A stretch of DNA of 64,000 nucleotides from the NCBI GenBank assembly GCA_937892905.1, contig CALBHS010000177.1, positions 25,286-89,285 on the forward strand, written 5' to 3'. This document shows positions 19,414 through 28,060 of the stretch, piece by piece. Origin of the DNA: an uncultured Clostridia bacterium (GTDB lineage Bacteria > Bacillota > Clostridia > Oscillospirales > Acutalibacteraceae). The position numbers and the translations under genes are program-made. Within the stretch, counting starts at the first letter, position 1. Every line of letters starts with the position of its first letter. The notes beneath the pieces are model-generated. The model did no database searches. It worked only from the letters and a program-made list of their open reading frames with translations, and was not told where the DNA came from.

Positions 19414-20907
19414 TCAATCATCAGCCATTCTGGCTTCTTTAATAATATCCTCTGTGATCTCCTCCGACTCGCCGTGTCTTACAAAGAGAATGCAGATAAG
19501 CGAAAGGACGAAGCAAATAGGACAATAATAGAACAGTGAGCCGTATGTACCTGTGAGCATACGAACAATACCGTAAACTATCGGTGTTGCTATCTGTGCA
19601 GAGAATGTAGCGGTATAGTAATAACCTGTAAAGGTTCCTACCTTGTCAAGTCCGCCTATTTCAAGGACAAGCGGAAGAGTGTTAACGGTGATAAGCATAT
19701 TTGCAAATCCACCGACAACAAGTGCAACATATACAAGCGTCAAAGCGTTGCCTGTTGTTGCATCAACTATAAGATAAACCACGAATGCGGTTATAAACAT
19801 AACCAGTCCGGAAACGATAGTCTTTTTTCTTCCGAATTTTCTTCCGAGAAGACCTGCCGGAATAGCGCCGATTGCAGTTGAAACTGCAAAAATCGTAAGC
19901 ATTGATGTTGCCTCGCCGCTTGACTTGCCGAGGATCTCAGCCGCAAACAGTGCGAAGAAGGTCTGAATTGCATTTGCTCCGCAGAAGAGGAAGAAAAGAC
20001 CTGCAAGCATACAGATAAGGCTGACTCTTTCGCCCTTGGAAAGCTTGATTGCCTTAAGACGCTCTTTCTCTTTCTTTGCCGCCTCTTTTTCTGCCTGACG
20101 CTTTGCCTTTGCGTCATTCTCCATGTTCGCCTGCATCTGAACCTTAAGTCGGCTGTCAGGCTCCTTAACAAAGAAAGCAACAACAAGAGTACAGATTATC
20201 ATAACTATTGAAGCGAAAAGGAAAACATACGGTATGTACTGCTCTTCCTGAGTACCCTTGTCCCAGCCGCCTATTGCGCAGACAATTGTCGCTGCCTGCA
20301 GAGCAAGAAGGCTGCCGACTCCGCCGACAAGGTTGATGACCGAGTTACCCTCACTGCGAAGGGCAGGCGGTGTAAGATCGGGCATGAGCGCAACGCAGGG
20401 CGCACGCCAGAAAGACATAACAAAAACAAAGAGAATAATGCAAACCATCATAGCGGAAATTCTTCCGTTTTCATGAAGAGCAACTCTCGGAATTATTGCA
20501 AAAATAACCGCGGCAAGAGGTGCGCCGATAAGGATAAACGGCTTACGCTTACCGATACGGGTATGGCATCTGTCGGAAATCTTGCCGAATGTCGGCTGGA
20601 AAATAACACCGAAGATGTTATCAAATGTCATTATAATACCAATGAAAAGGGGAACAAGTGTAAAGCCTGTTGCCGCAGAACCTACGTCCTCGCCCTGAGC
20701 CTGCATGAATTCAAGAAGAACAGGGAACTTTTCAACGAGCTTTGCGCTCCAGCCTGCAATCAATGCGGATTCTCCGAGAATCTTATTGAGCAGAGTGGTG
20801 ATATACGGGTCATAAACGCCCCATGCGATTGAAGAAGCCATGAATGCAAAACCGATCAAAAGGGTCTTGCCGTAATTAAGCTTCATTTTTTTTGCTTTTT
20901 CAGCCAT
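19414..20907 (-). CDS. MFS transporter (GPH/SLC45-like)
   Basis: 12 predicted TM helices, a DRxxxRxGKRKP loop motif (ISDRCHTRIGKRKPF), and a long charged central loop. Confidence 0.8.
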   Translation of the reverse strand: MAEKAKKMKLNYGKTLLIGFAFMASSIAWGVYDPYITTLLNKILGESALIAGWSAKLVEKFPVLLEFMQAQGEDVGSAATGFTLVPLFIGIIMTFDNIFGVIFQPTFGKISDRCHTRIGKRKPFILIGAPLAAVIFAIIPRVALHENGRISAMMVCIILFVFVMSFWRAPCVALMPDLTPPALRSEGNSVINLVGGVGSLLALQAATIVCAIGGWDKGTQEEQYIPYVFLFASIVMIICTLVVAFFVKEPDSRLKVQMQANMENDAKAKRQAEKEAAKKEKERLKAIKLSKGERVSLICMLAGLFFLFCGANAIQTFFALFAAEILGKSSGEATSMLTIFAVSTAIGAIPAGLLGRKFGRKKTIVSGLVMFITAFVVYLIVDATTGNALTLVYVALVVGGFANMLITVNTLPLVLEIGGLDKVGTFTGYYYTATFSAQIATPIVYGIVRMLTGTYGSLFYYCPICFVLSLICILFVRHGESEEITEDIIKEARMADD

Positions 20908-21148
20908 AAAAACAATCCTTTCTCATTGTGGATAATAACCGATAAACACTTACCGATTATTGTCCGTATCATTATATCACGAATTGACGCAAAAGCAAAT
21001 GCTTTTATGGCGTTTTTTGCATAATTTATGATATTATTTTTCCATCTAAATTTTAAAATTGTATGAATTGGCGGAAAAGAAAAGGTAAACATTAAAATTT
21101 AAGGCGATATTGCAAACAAAATCTTTGTTAACACAGTACAAATTACCC

Positions 21149-21177
21149 TTGACAAAAGCCAAAAGAAAGCATATAAT
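21149..21177 (+). promoter_or_regulatory. Consensus sigma-A promoter of the tRNA-Ala gene
   Basis: TTGACA (21149-21154), a 17-nt spacer, then TATAAT (21172-21177). Both hexamers are perfect. Confidence 0.65.
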
Positions 21178-21229
21178 TTCAGTGTCAAATAAGGTTTGCG
21201 CTTTAATATGCCGCACGGCCTTAATATTT

Positions 21230-21305
21230 GGGGGCGTAGCTCAGCTGGGAGAGCGTACGGTTCGCATCCGTAAGGTCGAGAGTTCGATCCTCTTCGTCTC
21301 CACCA
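21230..21305 (+). tRNA. tRNA-Ala (anticodon CGC), CCA encoded
   Basis: Hand-folded cloverleaf: acceptor GGGGGCG/CGTCTCC with the G3:U70 Ala identity pair; D arm GCTC-AGCTGGGA-GAGC; anticodon arm TACGG-TTCGCAT-CCGTA; T arm GAGAG-TTCGATC-CTCTT; 3-prime ACCA. Confidence 0.93.
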
Positions 21306-21308
21306 AAA

Positions 21309-21335
21309 AGTCACTCCGAGAGAAGTGGCTTTTTT
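21309..21335 (+). terminator. Intrinsic terminator after tRNA-Ala
   Basis: Stem AGTCACT/AGTGGCT (one G-U pair) followed by T6. Confidence 0.65.
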
Positions 21336-21519
21336 ATAACGTTCGCCCTTCGGCAAATTTTATTTTACTTTCTGCTTCGGCAGAAAATTTCATAATCCGT
21401 AAGGATTATTTTACATTGCATTGCAATATTTCATTAAAACAATATTCATAGCTATATTTAAAATCGTACCTATTCGTGTGCGGTTTATTTTTTTGCAAAA
21501 TTTTTTTAAAAAATATATC

Positions 21520-21550
21520 TTGACTCTACAATTATTGTAGAGTTTATGAT
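21520..21550 (+). promoter_or_regulatory. MerR-type promoter/operator of the MATE-merR operon
   Basis: TTGACT (21520-21525), a 19-nt spacer, then TATGAT (21545-21550). The spacer carries a perfect 9-1-9 palindrome CTCTACAAT-T-ATTGTAGAG (21524-21542). Confidence 0.6.
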
Positions 21551-21632
21551 ATAATCATCAAGGAGAGATCGGTACATTTCGGAGAGAAAATCAGCTGTTC
21601 CCCCACGCAGAAATGTACTGACAACAAAAACT

Positions 21633-22982
21633 ATGGAAAAGAATCTTACAACAGGCAGTGTATTTAAAAATCTTATATTCTTCTCCCTGCCTTATCTGCT
21701 CTCTTACTTTTTGCAGACGCTTTACGGCATGGCTGATCTTTTTATAGTCGGACAATTCAACGCAACAGCCAGTATTACTGGCGTTTCTATCGGCAGCCAG
21801 GTCATGCACATGATAACCGTTATGATAGTCGGTCTTGCGATGGGTGCAACGGTCACGATCGGCAGAAGCATCGGCGCACAGGATAAGAGATCAGCTTCAC
21901 GCTATGTCGGAAACACGGTCACATTATTTATGCTCGGATCACTCGCTTTGGCGGCACTTCTTTTGGCTTTTGTAAGACCTATTGTTTCGGTCATGTCCAC
22001 CCCCGCAGAAGCGGTTGAAAGCACAGTTGATTATCTGACGATCTGCTTTATCGGTATCCCGTTTATTACCGCATATAATATCATCAGCTCCGTTTTTCGC
22101 GGACTCGGCGACAGCAAAAGTCCGATGTATTTTATCGCCGTTGCCTGTGTCTGCAACATAGGTCTTGACTACCTTTTTATCGGTGCACTCAGTATGGGGC
22201 CTGCCGGCGCGGCTCTCGGCACAACCCTTTCACAAACAATTTCGGTTATAATTTCATTAATTTTCATCAAAAAAACGGATACCGGGATCAAGCTTTCAAA
22301 GGATGATTTCAGAATAAAAAAATCCACGATCGGCAATGTATTGAGAGTCGGCATTCCTGTTTCTTTGCAGGACGGATTTATTCAGATTTCATTTATTGTT
22401 ATCACGATAATCGCCAACCGCCGAGGACTTAACGATGCCGCGGCAGTCGGCATTGTTGAAAAAATAATAGGATTTTTGTTCCTCATTCCGTCTTCAATGC
22501 TTTCGGCGATTTCTGCTCTCGGAGCGCAGAATATCGGAGCCGGCAAGCCACAAAGGGCAAAGCTTACTTTGCGCTATGCAATTTATCTTATCATAATTTC
22601 GGGAATTTTTGTTATCGGTACGGTTGAGCTGATCGCCCCTCAGCTTGTCGGAATGTTTGACGACAGTCCGGAGGTTATTCGCCTCGGAACTCAATATCTC
22701 AGAAGCTACGTTGTCGATTACCTCTTTGCCGGAATTCATTTCTGTATGTCCGGCTACTTTTGCGCCATTGAAAAATCCGGAATCTCATTTCTTCATAATT
22801 CGGTTTCAATTGTACTCGCAAGAGTTCCCGTTGCATACCTTACGTCAAAGCGCTTTCCGCACACCCTTTTTCCGATGGGATGCGCCGCACCGGCAGGTTC
22901 GATCATTTCCATAATAATCTGCGTGATTGCATACATTATTATCAGCAAAAAAGAGAAAGGAGAACATACCGTTAATGGATAA
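21633..22982 (+). CDS. MATE family efflux transporter
   Basis: 449 aa, 12 TM helices, with the typical N-terminus (KNLIFFSLPYLLSYFLQTLYGMADLFIVGQ). Confidence 0.9.
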   Translation: MEKNLTTGSVFKNLIFFSLPYLLSYFLQTLYGMADLFIVGQFNATASITGVSIGSQVMHMITVMIVGLAMGATVTIGRSIGAQDKRSASRYVGNTVTLFMLGSLALAALLLAFVRPIVSVMSTPAEAVESTVDYLTICFIGIPFITAYNIISSVFRGLGDSKSPMYFIAVACVCNIGLDYLFIGALSMGPAGAALGTTLSQTISVIISLIFIKKTDTGIKLSKDDFRIKKSTIGNVLRVGIPVSLQDGFIQISFIVITIIANRRGLNDAAAVGIVEKIIGFLFLIPSSMLSAISALGAQNIGAGKPQRAKLTLRYAIYLIIISGIFVIGTVELIAPQLVGMFDDSPEVIRLGTQYLRSYVVDYLFAGIHFCMSGYFCAIEKSGISFLHNSVSIVLARVPVAYLTSKRFPHTLFPMGCAAPAGSIISIIICVIAYIIISKKEKGEHTVNG

Positions 22983-23802
22983 GAGTTCACTTTTTTCGAT
23001 TGGAGATATCTCAAAGATTTTTCATCTCAGTCCGGGCAGTCTGCGCCATTATGAGAATCTCGGCATTCTCATTCCCGAATATGTTGATCCGCAGACAAAT
23101 TATCGCTATTACAGCGCAAGACAGTTCGAAATTCTTAACACAGTTCGATATCTGCGCGCACTTGATATGCCGCTGCCGCAGATTGCCGATTTTTTTAAAA
23201 ACAGGGACATTGACGTTATTGAAAATAAGCTACTGATGCAGAAGCAAAAGGTTATTGAAAAGAAAAAAGAGCTTGAAAACGTTGAAAAGAAAATTGACAA
23301 TCGCCTGCGTCAGATTGATGATGCACGCAACTCCGAACTTGAGGCAATTAAACTTGTACCTTGCTCACCGTGCCGTATAATCAGGATAAAAGGCTCCCTT
23401 AAACTGAGGAATCAGGATGAAATTGAAGCTTCCGTCAGCGCACTGAGCGAGCGCGAAGATGCACCGGTTGTTTTTCTCGGAAAGGTGGGCTTCGGAATTT
23501 CCCGTGACAATCTGATAAAAGGCAATTATGAAAAATATGATTATGTTTTTCTCGTTATCGAAGATGAGGACAAGCACAGCGGCGACTCAGAGCTTTTGCC
23601 GGAAACGCTTTGTGTGTGCGTCCGTTTCCGCGGCAGTCACGGCGAAGCGGCAGCGCACTACCGTCAGCTTTCGGATTATATTGAGAACAGCAACCTCAGA
23701 ATCACGGGCTTTTCCCGCGAAATAACGATGATCGACTATGGAATTACAAACGACACGGGAAAGTTTGTAACGGAAATTAAAATTCCTGTTGAAAAAATTT
23801 AA
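22975..23802 (+). CDS. MerR family transcriptional regulator with a GyrI-like effector domain (BmrR-like)
   Basis: An HTH (FSIGDISKIFHLSPGSLRHYENLGIL), a coiled coil and a C-terminal GyrI-like domain. Start set at Met17 (22975), overlapping the MATE stop. Confidence 0.85.
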   Translation: MDKSSLFSIGDISKIFHLSPGSLRHYENLGILIPEYVDPQTNYRYYSARQFEILNTVRYLRALDMPLPQIADFFKNRDIDVIENKLLMQKQKVIEKKKELENVEKKIDNRLRQIDDARNSELEAIKLVPCSPCRIIRIKGSLKLRNQDEIEASVSALSEREDAPVVFLGKVGFGISRDNLIKGNYEKYDYVFLVIEDEDKHSGDSELLPETLCVCVRFRGSHGEAAAHYRQLSDYIENSNLRITGFSREITMIDYGITNDTGKFVTEIKIPVEKI

Positions 23803-23821
23803 AAAATTTTCATTTAACCTA

Positions 23822-23850
23822 TTGACAAGGTAGGTAATATGTGCTATCAT
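23822..23850 (+). promoter_or_regulatory. Sigma-A promoter of the metY leader
   Basis: TTGACA (23822-23827), a 17-nt spacer, then TATCAT (23845-23850). Confidence 0.55.
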
Positions 23851-23887
23851 ACACCCAACCTAATAAATTCAACGGGAGGTAAGCAAA

Positions 23888-23977
23888 ATGAAAAACATTT
23901 CCTCAATGCTTTTTGTGATGTGTATTTGCGAATGCACTTCCTTTGCTGCGCCTTCCGATAGTAAAAAATTGAGTTAA
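23888..23977 (+). CDS. 29-codon leader peptide ORF rich in Cys/Met codons (MKNISSMLFVMCICECTSFAAPSDSKKLS)
   Basis: GGGAGG SD 8 nt upstream of the ATG. The ORF sits between a good promoter and an intrinsic terminator, directly upstream of metY. It is below the ORF-track cutoff and was found by hand. Confidence 0.45.
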   Translation: MKNISSMLFVMCICECTSFAAPSDSKKLS

Positions 23978-23982
23978 AACTA

Positions 23983-24013
23983 ACGGAAAGCCGAAAGAGC
24001 TTTCCGTTTTTTT
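23983..24013 (+). terminator. Intrinsic terminator (putative attenuator) in the metY leader
   Basis: 9-bp stem ACGGAAAGC/GCTTTCCGT with a 7-nt loop, followed by T7. It begins 6 nt after the leader ORF stop. Confidence 0.7.
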
Positions 24014-24137
24014 ATAGGTGATTTTATGAACAATATTTTTGAAAAGCTGTTACGTCAAAATTTCAGATTCGGACGAATGTAATTCTTTCCCCAAAAACAT
24101 TATAAAAAATATTTTTAAACAAGAAAGGAAAATTACC

Positions 24138-25421
24138 ATGTCAGATTATAAATTTGAAACACTTCAGCTTCATGTAGGTCAGGAGAATCCTGATCCGGCA
24201 ACCGATTCAAGAGCAGTTCCCATCTATGCAACAACTTCATATGTTTTCAAGGACTCCGCGCAGGCGGCAGGCCGTTTCGGTCTGACCGAGGGCGGCAACA
24301 TATACACAAGACTGATGAACCCGACTTCTGACGTTTTCGAAAAGAGAATCGCGGCTCTTGAGGGCGGCGCAGCGGCACTCGCAACGGCTTCAGGCTCGGC
24401 TGCAATCTCTTATGCAATTCAAAACATTGCAATCGCGGGCGACCATATTGTTTCTTCAACTAATCTTTACGGCGGCACACACAATCTTTTTGCAAACACG
24501 CTTAAGGAGCAGGGACTTGACACAACATTTGTTGATCCCTCGGATCCCGAAAATTTTGAAAAGGCAATTCAGCCGAACACCAAGCTTCTCTATGCCGAAA
24601 CGCTCGGCAATCCGAACTCCGATGTAATCGACCTTGAGGCAATTGCAGCTATTGCACACAAGCACGGTATTCCGTTCATCGTTGACAGCACCTTTGCAAC
24701 CCCGTATTTGCTCCGTCCGATTGAGCATGGAGCGGATGTTGTTGTTCATTCTGCCACAAAATTCATCGGCGGTCACGGCACGGTAATGGGCGGCGTCGTC
24801 ATTGACTCAGGCAAATTTGACTGGGCGCAGAACGACAAGTTCCCCGGACTTTCAAAGCCGAACCCGTCATATCACGGTGTTGTTTTCACCGAGGCTTGCG
24901 GCAATCTTGCTTATATTCTCAAGCTTCGCACAACACTGATGAGAGATCAAGGCGCAACTATTTCTCCGTTCAACTCGTTCCTGCTTCTCCAGGGGCTTGA
25001 AACTCTTTCGCTCAGAGTAGAGCGCCACGTTGAAAACGCTCTCAAAGTCGTTGATTTTCTCAAAAACCATCCGCAGGTTGAAAAGGTTAATCACCCCTCA
25101 CTCGCAACAGGCAAGCAGAAGGAGCTTTATGATAAATACTTTAAGAAAGGCGCAGCTTCAATCTTTACTTTTGAAATAAAAGGCGATGCCGAAACCGCCA
25201 AAAAGTTTACCGAAAGCCTTAAGCTTTTCTCGCTTCTTGCAAATGTTGCCGACGTTAAGTCGCTCGTTATTCATCCTGCATCAACAACCCATTCACAGCT
25301 CTCCGAAGAGGAGCTTCTCTCCTGCGGAATTAAGCCGAACACCGTTCGTCTTTCAATCGGCACAGAGCATATAGACGATATTATTGCCGACCTTCAGCAG
25401 GGCTTTGATGCGGTTAAATAA
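24138..25421 (+). CDS. metY: O-acetylhomoserine sulfhydrylase (PLP-dependent Cys/Met metabolism enzyme)
   Basis: [16 protein letters not shown]-terminus and the [13 protein letters not shown]-lysine motif; 427 aa. Start set at ATG 24138 (AAAGGAAA SD). The track start at 24039 adds a non-homologous extension. Confidence 0.92.
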   Translation: MSDYKFETLQLHVGQENPDPATDSRAVPIYATTSYVFKDSAQAAGRFGLTEGGNIYTRLMNPTSDVFEKRIAALEGGAAALATASGSAAISYAIQNIAIAGDHIVSSTNLYGGTHNLFANTLKEQGLDTTFVDPSDPENFEKAIQPNTKLLYAETLGNPNSDVIDLEAIAAIAHKHGIPFIVDSTFATPYLLRPIEHGADVVVHSATKFIGGHGTVMGGVVIDSGKFDWAQNDKFPGLSKPNPSYHGVVFTEACGNLAYILKLRTTLMRDQGATISPFNSFLLLQGLETLSLRVERHVENALKVVDFLKNHPQVEKVNHPSLATGKQKELYDKYFKKGAASIFTFEIKGDAETAKKFTESLKLFSLLANVADVKSLVIHPASTTHSQLSEEELLSCGIKPNTVRLSIGTEHIDDIIADLQQGFDAVK

Positions 25422-25470
25422 ATTTCAATAATTAGAATTTTCCTTCTCATTTTCTTCCCCTTTAAAAACG

Positions 25471-25506
25471 AAGGCTCCGATTTATTTTGATCGGAGCTTT
25501 TGTTTT
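25471..25506. terminator. Bidirectional terminator between metY and the DUF2798 gene
   Basis: Stem GCTCCGAT/ATCGGAGC with extension, followed by TTTTGTTTT. Confidence 0.6.
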
Positions 25507-25993
25507 ATTTAAAAATTGCTTTGTGTATTTTTCTTGCAGCAGGACCGGCAATTAAAAGCTGAACCGGCAAAGCAAAAATAAAATTCATGCAATATGCCTT
25601 GATATAATTCGGCGCAAAATTTATACATAATCCTTCCGCCTTATACGCTCCGATTATGCTTGCAAAAAACACCTGAAAAATCACCGTAAAAATCTGAATT
25701 ACCAGCACTATAGCAATAGGTCTGTCGGTCGGCTCAACAATTTTAAAAGCGCATTTTTTTGCAAGCGGCGACGAAATAAAATAGGCACACAAAAAAATAA
25801 TTATGTACTCGATCCACATACCCTTTATCGCCGACAAAAATGTTTGATTAGTAAAGCTGCCGCTTGCCAAAACGATGTTATACACCGTCATTATATAAAC
25901 CATAATAAACGCTGTAATCGCCGTAAAAATCAGGGATTGCGATTTTGTTTTCGGCATCGGAACTTGTCTATTTTTGTCGTTTTCTTCTTTCAT
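25505..25993 (-). CDS. DUF2798-like membrane protein
   Basis: 162 aa, four TM helices in two repeats. The C-terminal NFIFALPVQLLIAGPAARKI matches my recollection of the DUF2798 signature. Confidence 0.55.
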   Translation of the reverse strand: MKEENDKNRQVPMPKTKSQSLIFTAITAFIMVYIMTVYNIVLASGSFTNQTFLSAIKGMWIEYIIIFLCAYFISSPLAKKCAFKIVEPTDRPIAIVLVIQIFTVIFQVFFASIIGAYKAEGLCINFAPNYIKAYCMNFIFALPVQLLIAGPAARKIHKAIFK

Positions 25994-26134
25994 GCTTTTG
26001 CTCCTCTCAAAAAAAGAAAGACAATAAATGCTCTCCCGTCCGACAGTAGGAAAGTAACATTTATTGTCTTGGTTTTTTATTTAATTTGAGTATATTTTAT
26101 CACTTGAAATTGCAAAAATCAAGCATTAATTCGG

Positions 26135-27604
26135 TTAATTAATTGAATACGGATGGAAAAATCTGTCGAACACATTATATCCGAGCGCAACATATTTGAA
26201 CAGCCAGATAATCGGATTAAAACGGAAGAACAGCCAATCCGTTACCGTTGCAAGTCCGCGCAGGAATGTTGAAATATCATGTGTTTCGGGAACATCAACG
26301 GGAGTAAATTCTTCGCCCTCAACATTAAGCACGAACGGCTGAGCATAACAGATTCCGTTCTCGCCCGTGATATAAAATCTTACATAAAGATACGGATCAT
26401 CGAGCAGGTTATCGCTATAGAGATTAAGAGTTGCCTTTCCGTTTGTAATGTTTTCCTCACGCTTGATAACGTTGCCGTTTGAAACCCAAGTTATGCGGTC
26501 AAAGTTTGTACCCTCAACCTTGATCGTGCCGCTTTCCTGATCAACATCAATGCGTGTAACCATTGGCGTATTATCCTGAAGATAAAGCTTCTCGTCATAA
26601 ACCTTATCCTCATCAAAGCCGGGCATTTCCTCCATGCCGTTAAGCTCAACGCCGTTCGAATAATGTGAAACGGCAAAGCTCCAGCCATTCTCCATGCTTG
26701 CACGGACATTGTTCATATCAAAGTCTTTCATCATAAGCATTGTGTAAGCGTCGTTAAGCGATCTTACGTCATGTGAGTCGGAAAAAGCAAATCCCCAGGG
26801 AACAACACCATTCGGAATTGTTTTTTGAAGAATCTGATCGTAAAGAATTCTGTCACAGCGTGTGTGCGCATCGGTCGCACTGTTAATACCCATGCCAACG
26901 CTTGATCCGGCGTTGTCAAGGAAAAGGCGTGCAAACTTGTTTGCATAATAATCGTCAACCTTTTGACCGACATGGTCAGCACTGTCCTTATCGGTGTAAA
27001 CATATTCGCCGACATGAGAAAGCATCGAAATTCCGCCTGCTTCTCTTACGCCCTTACTCGGCGTTTCATAATCACCGTAAACTCCGGCAAGTCCCTGACC
27101 GTAATCCGAAAAATAGCCCGTCAAATGGCAGTCCGCCTTTGGTGTTGCCATATTAAGTTCAATACCCTGCGGAACGTCCAGCATTCCGTTCTTATGCGTT
27201 CTCTCGGCCGAAGCCGCTGTTCCATTCTGGTATGAATCATATTCCTCATCCGTCAACGGAATGATCGGCGCCATATGTGTTCTTTCATATTTTACAAGAC
27301 GGATAAGCGGAACCAGATCGGGTTTTTGATTCCAGCCCTTGTTGATCGTTCCGTGATCTGTCAACGCAACTACATCATAATTAAGATCGTAGTGCATCTG
27401 AACGAATTCCTTAATTGTAAGATATCCGTCGCTTGCATTTGTCTGGCAGTGAGGCTGGAATTTATAGCTTCCCCACTCGTCCCAATCAACGGCCTCATAC
27501 GGATTTGTAATTACATACCTCTTGCTTTTTGCCGATACACCGATTACAAAAAGCTGTGCAGCAAGGATCACACTCAAAAATACGGCTAAAACTTTCTTTG
27601 CCAC
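26135..27604 (-). CDS. Exported PHP-domain (CehA/McbA-like) metallophosphoesterase with a C-terminal hydrophobic tail
   Basis: Signal peptide; NPY...W...PHCQTNASDG...ALTDHG and later SHVGEY / FSDSHD motifs resembling PHP metal ligands (the second His of HxH is replaced by Gln). Confidence 0.5.
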   Translation of the reverse strand: MAKKVLAVFLSVILAAQLFVIGVSAKSKRYVITNPYEAVDWDEWGSYKFQPHCQTNASDGYLTIKEFVQMHYDLNYDVVALTDHGTINKGWNQKPDLVPLIRLVKYERTHMAPIIPLTDEEYDSYQNGTAASAERTHKNGMLDVPQGIELNMATPKADCHLTGYFSDYGQGLAGVYGDYETPSKGVREAGGISMLSHVGEYVYTDKDSADHVGQKVDDYYANKFARLFLDNAGSSVGMGINSATDAHTRCDRILYDQILQKTIPNGVVPWGFAFSDSHDVRSLNDAYTMLMMKDFDMNNVRASMENGWSFAVSHYSNGVELNGMEEMPGFDEDKVYDEKLYLQDNTPMVTRIDVDQESGTIKVEGTNFDRITWVSNGNVIKREENITNGKATLNLYSDNLLDDPYLYVRFYITGENGICYAQPFVLNVEGEEFTPVDVPETHDISTFLRGLATVTDWLFFRFNPIIWLFKYVALGYNVFDRFFHPYSIN

Positions 27605-27790
27605 TCTGTTTTCCTCCTCCGATAAATGATAGGTTTATTTAATTATGAATGGTTTTGTGCTGTTTGTCAATTGTTTGATGTGTAGACATTTTATGTTTGC
27701 TTTTTGTTGAAAATGCTAAAAGAAAAACCGCATTCATCCTTTCGGTGAATTACGGCTTTTGTTTGTATCCATTTTTATTAAATCAATAAA

Positions 27791-28060
27791 CTATTTTCTT
27801 TGGTTCTTTCTTTTTATTTCGTGAAGCCTTTCAAGCTCTTCGTTGCGTTCCTTTTCGACCTTTTTCTTAGCATTTTCTGCTTTTTTCGCCTTTATCTTTC
27901 CGCTTATGTCGAATTTTATCTGACTTAACACAACGCAGATGATAATAATCGCAACAAGAGCTATTATCCATACAGCCTTTTGCTTCTCGCCGCCGTCATT
28001 TTGAATAGGGTCAAGCTCGCTTACGCTTATTGCCAAGGTATTCAGAAAATATTTAAACAA
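27791..28060 (-). CDS. Hypothetical single-pass membrane protein with a Lys/Glu-rich tail
   Basis: 89-aa ORF overlapping the maf stop by 8 nt, with one TM helix. It is followed by a hairpin and T-run. Confidence 0.4.
   Translation of the reverse strand: MFKYFLNTLAISVSELDPIQNDGGEKQKAVWIIALVAIIIICVVLSQIKFDISGKIKAKKAENAKKKVEKERNEELERLHEIKRKNQRK

Noticed and set aside
20026-20163. A coiled-coil-like Lys/Glu/Ala-rich insertion (KVQMQANMENDAKAKRQAEKEAAKKEKERLKAIK) in the MFS transporter.
   Set aside because: It sits exactly at the central cytoplasmic loop between TM6 and TM7. Long charged loops are common there in MFS proteins, so it is not clearly unusual.
21099-21451. ORFs 21110..21451 (+) and 21099..21356 (-).
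   Set aside because: Both span the tRNA-Ala gene and its promoter and terminator, and are read-through artefacts.
23803-24137. An S-box (SAM-I) riboswitch or T-box upstream of metY.
   Set aside because: No conserved S-box core or T-box motif is visible. The only organised elements are the promoter, the sORF and the terminator. An Rfam scan should confirm this.
24039-24137. The N-terminal extension of metY in the track ORF (TTG start at 24039, [14 protein letters not shown]...).
   Set aside because: The extension has no SD and an AT-rich, low-information sequence. The conserved enzyme N-terminus [12 protein letters not shown] starts at ATG 24138 behind AAAGGAAA.
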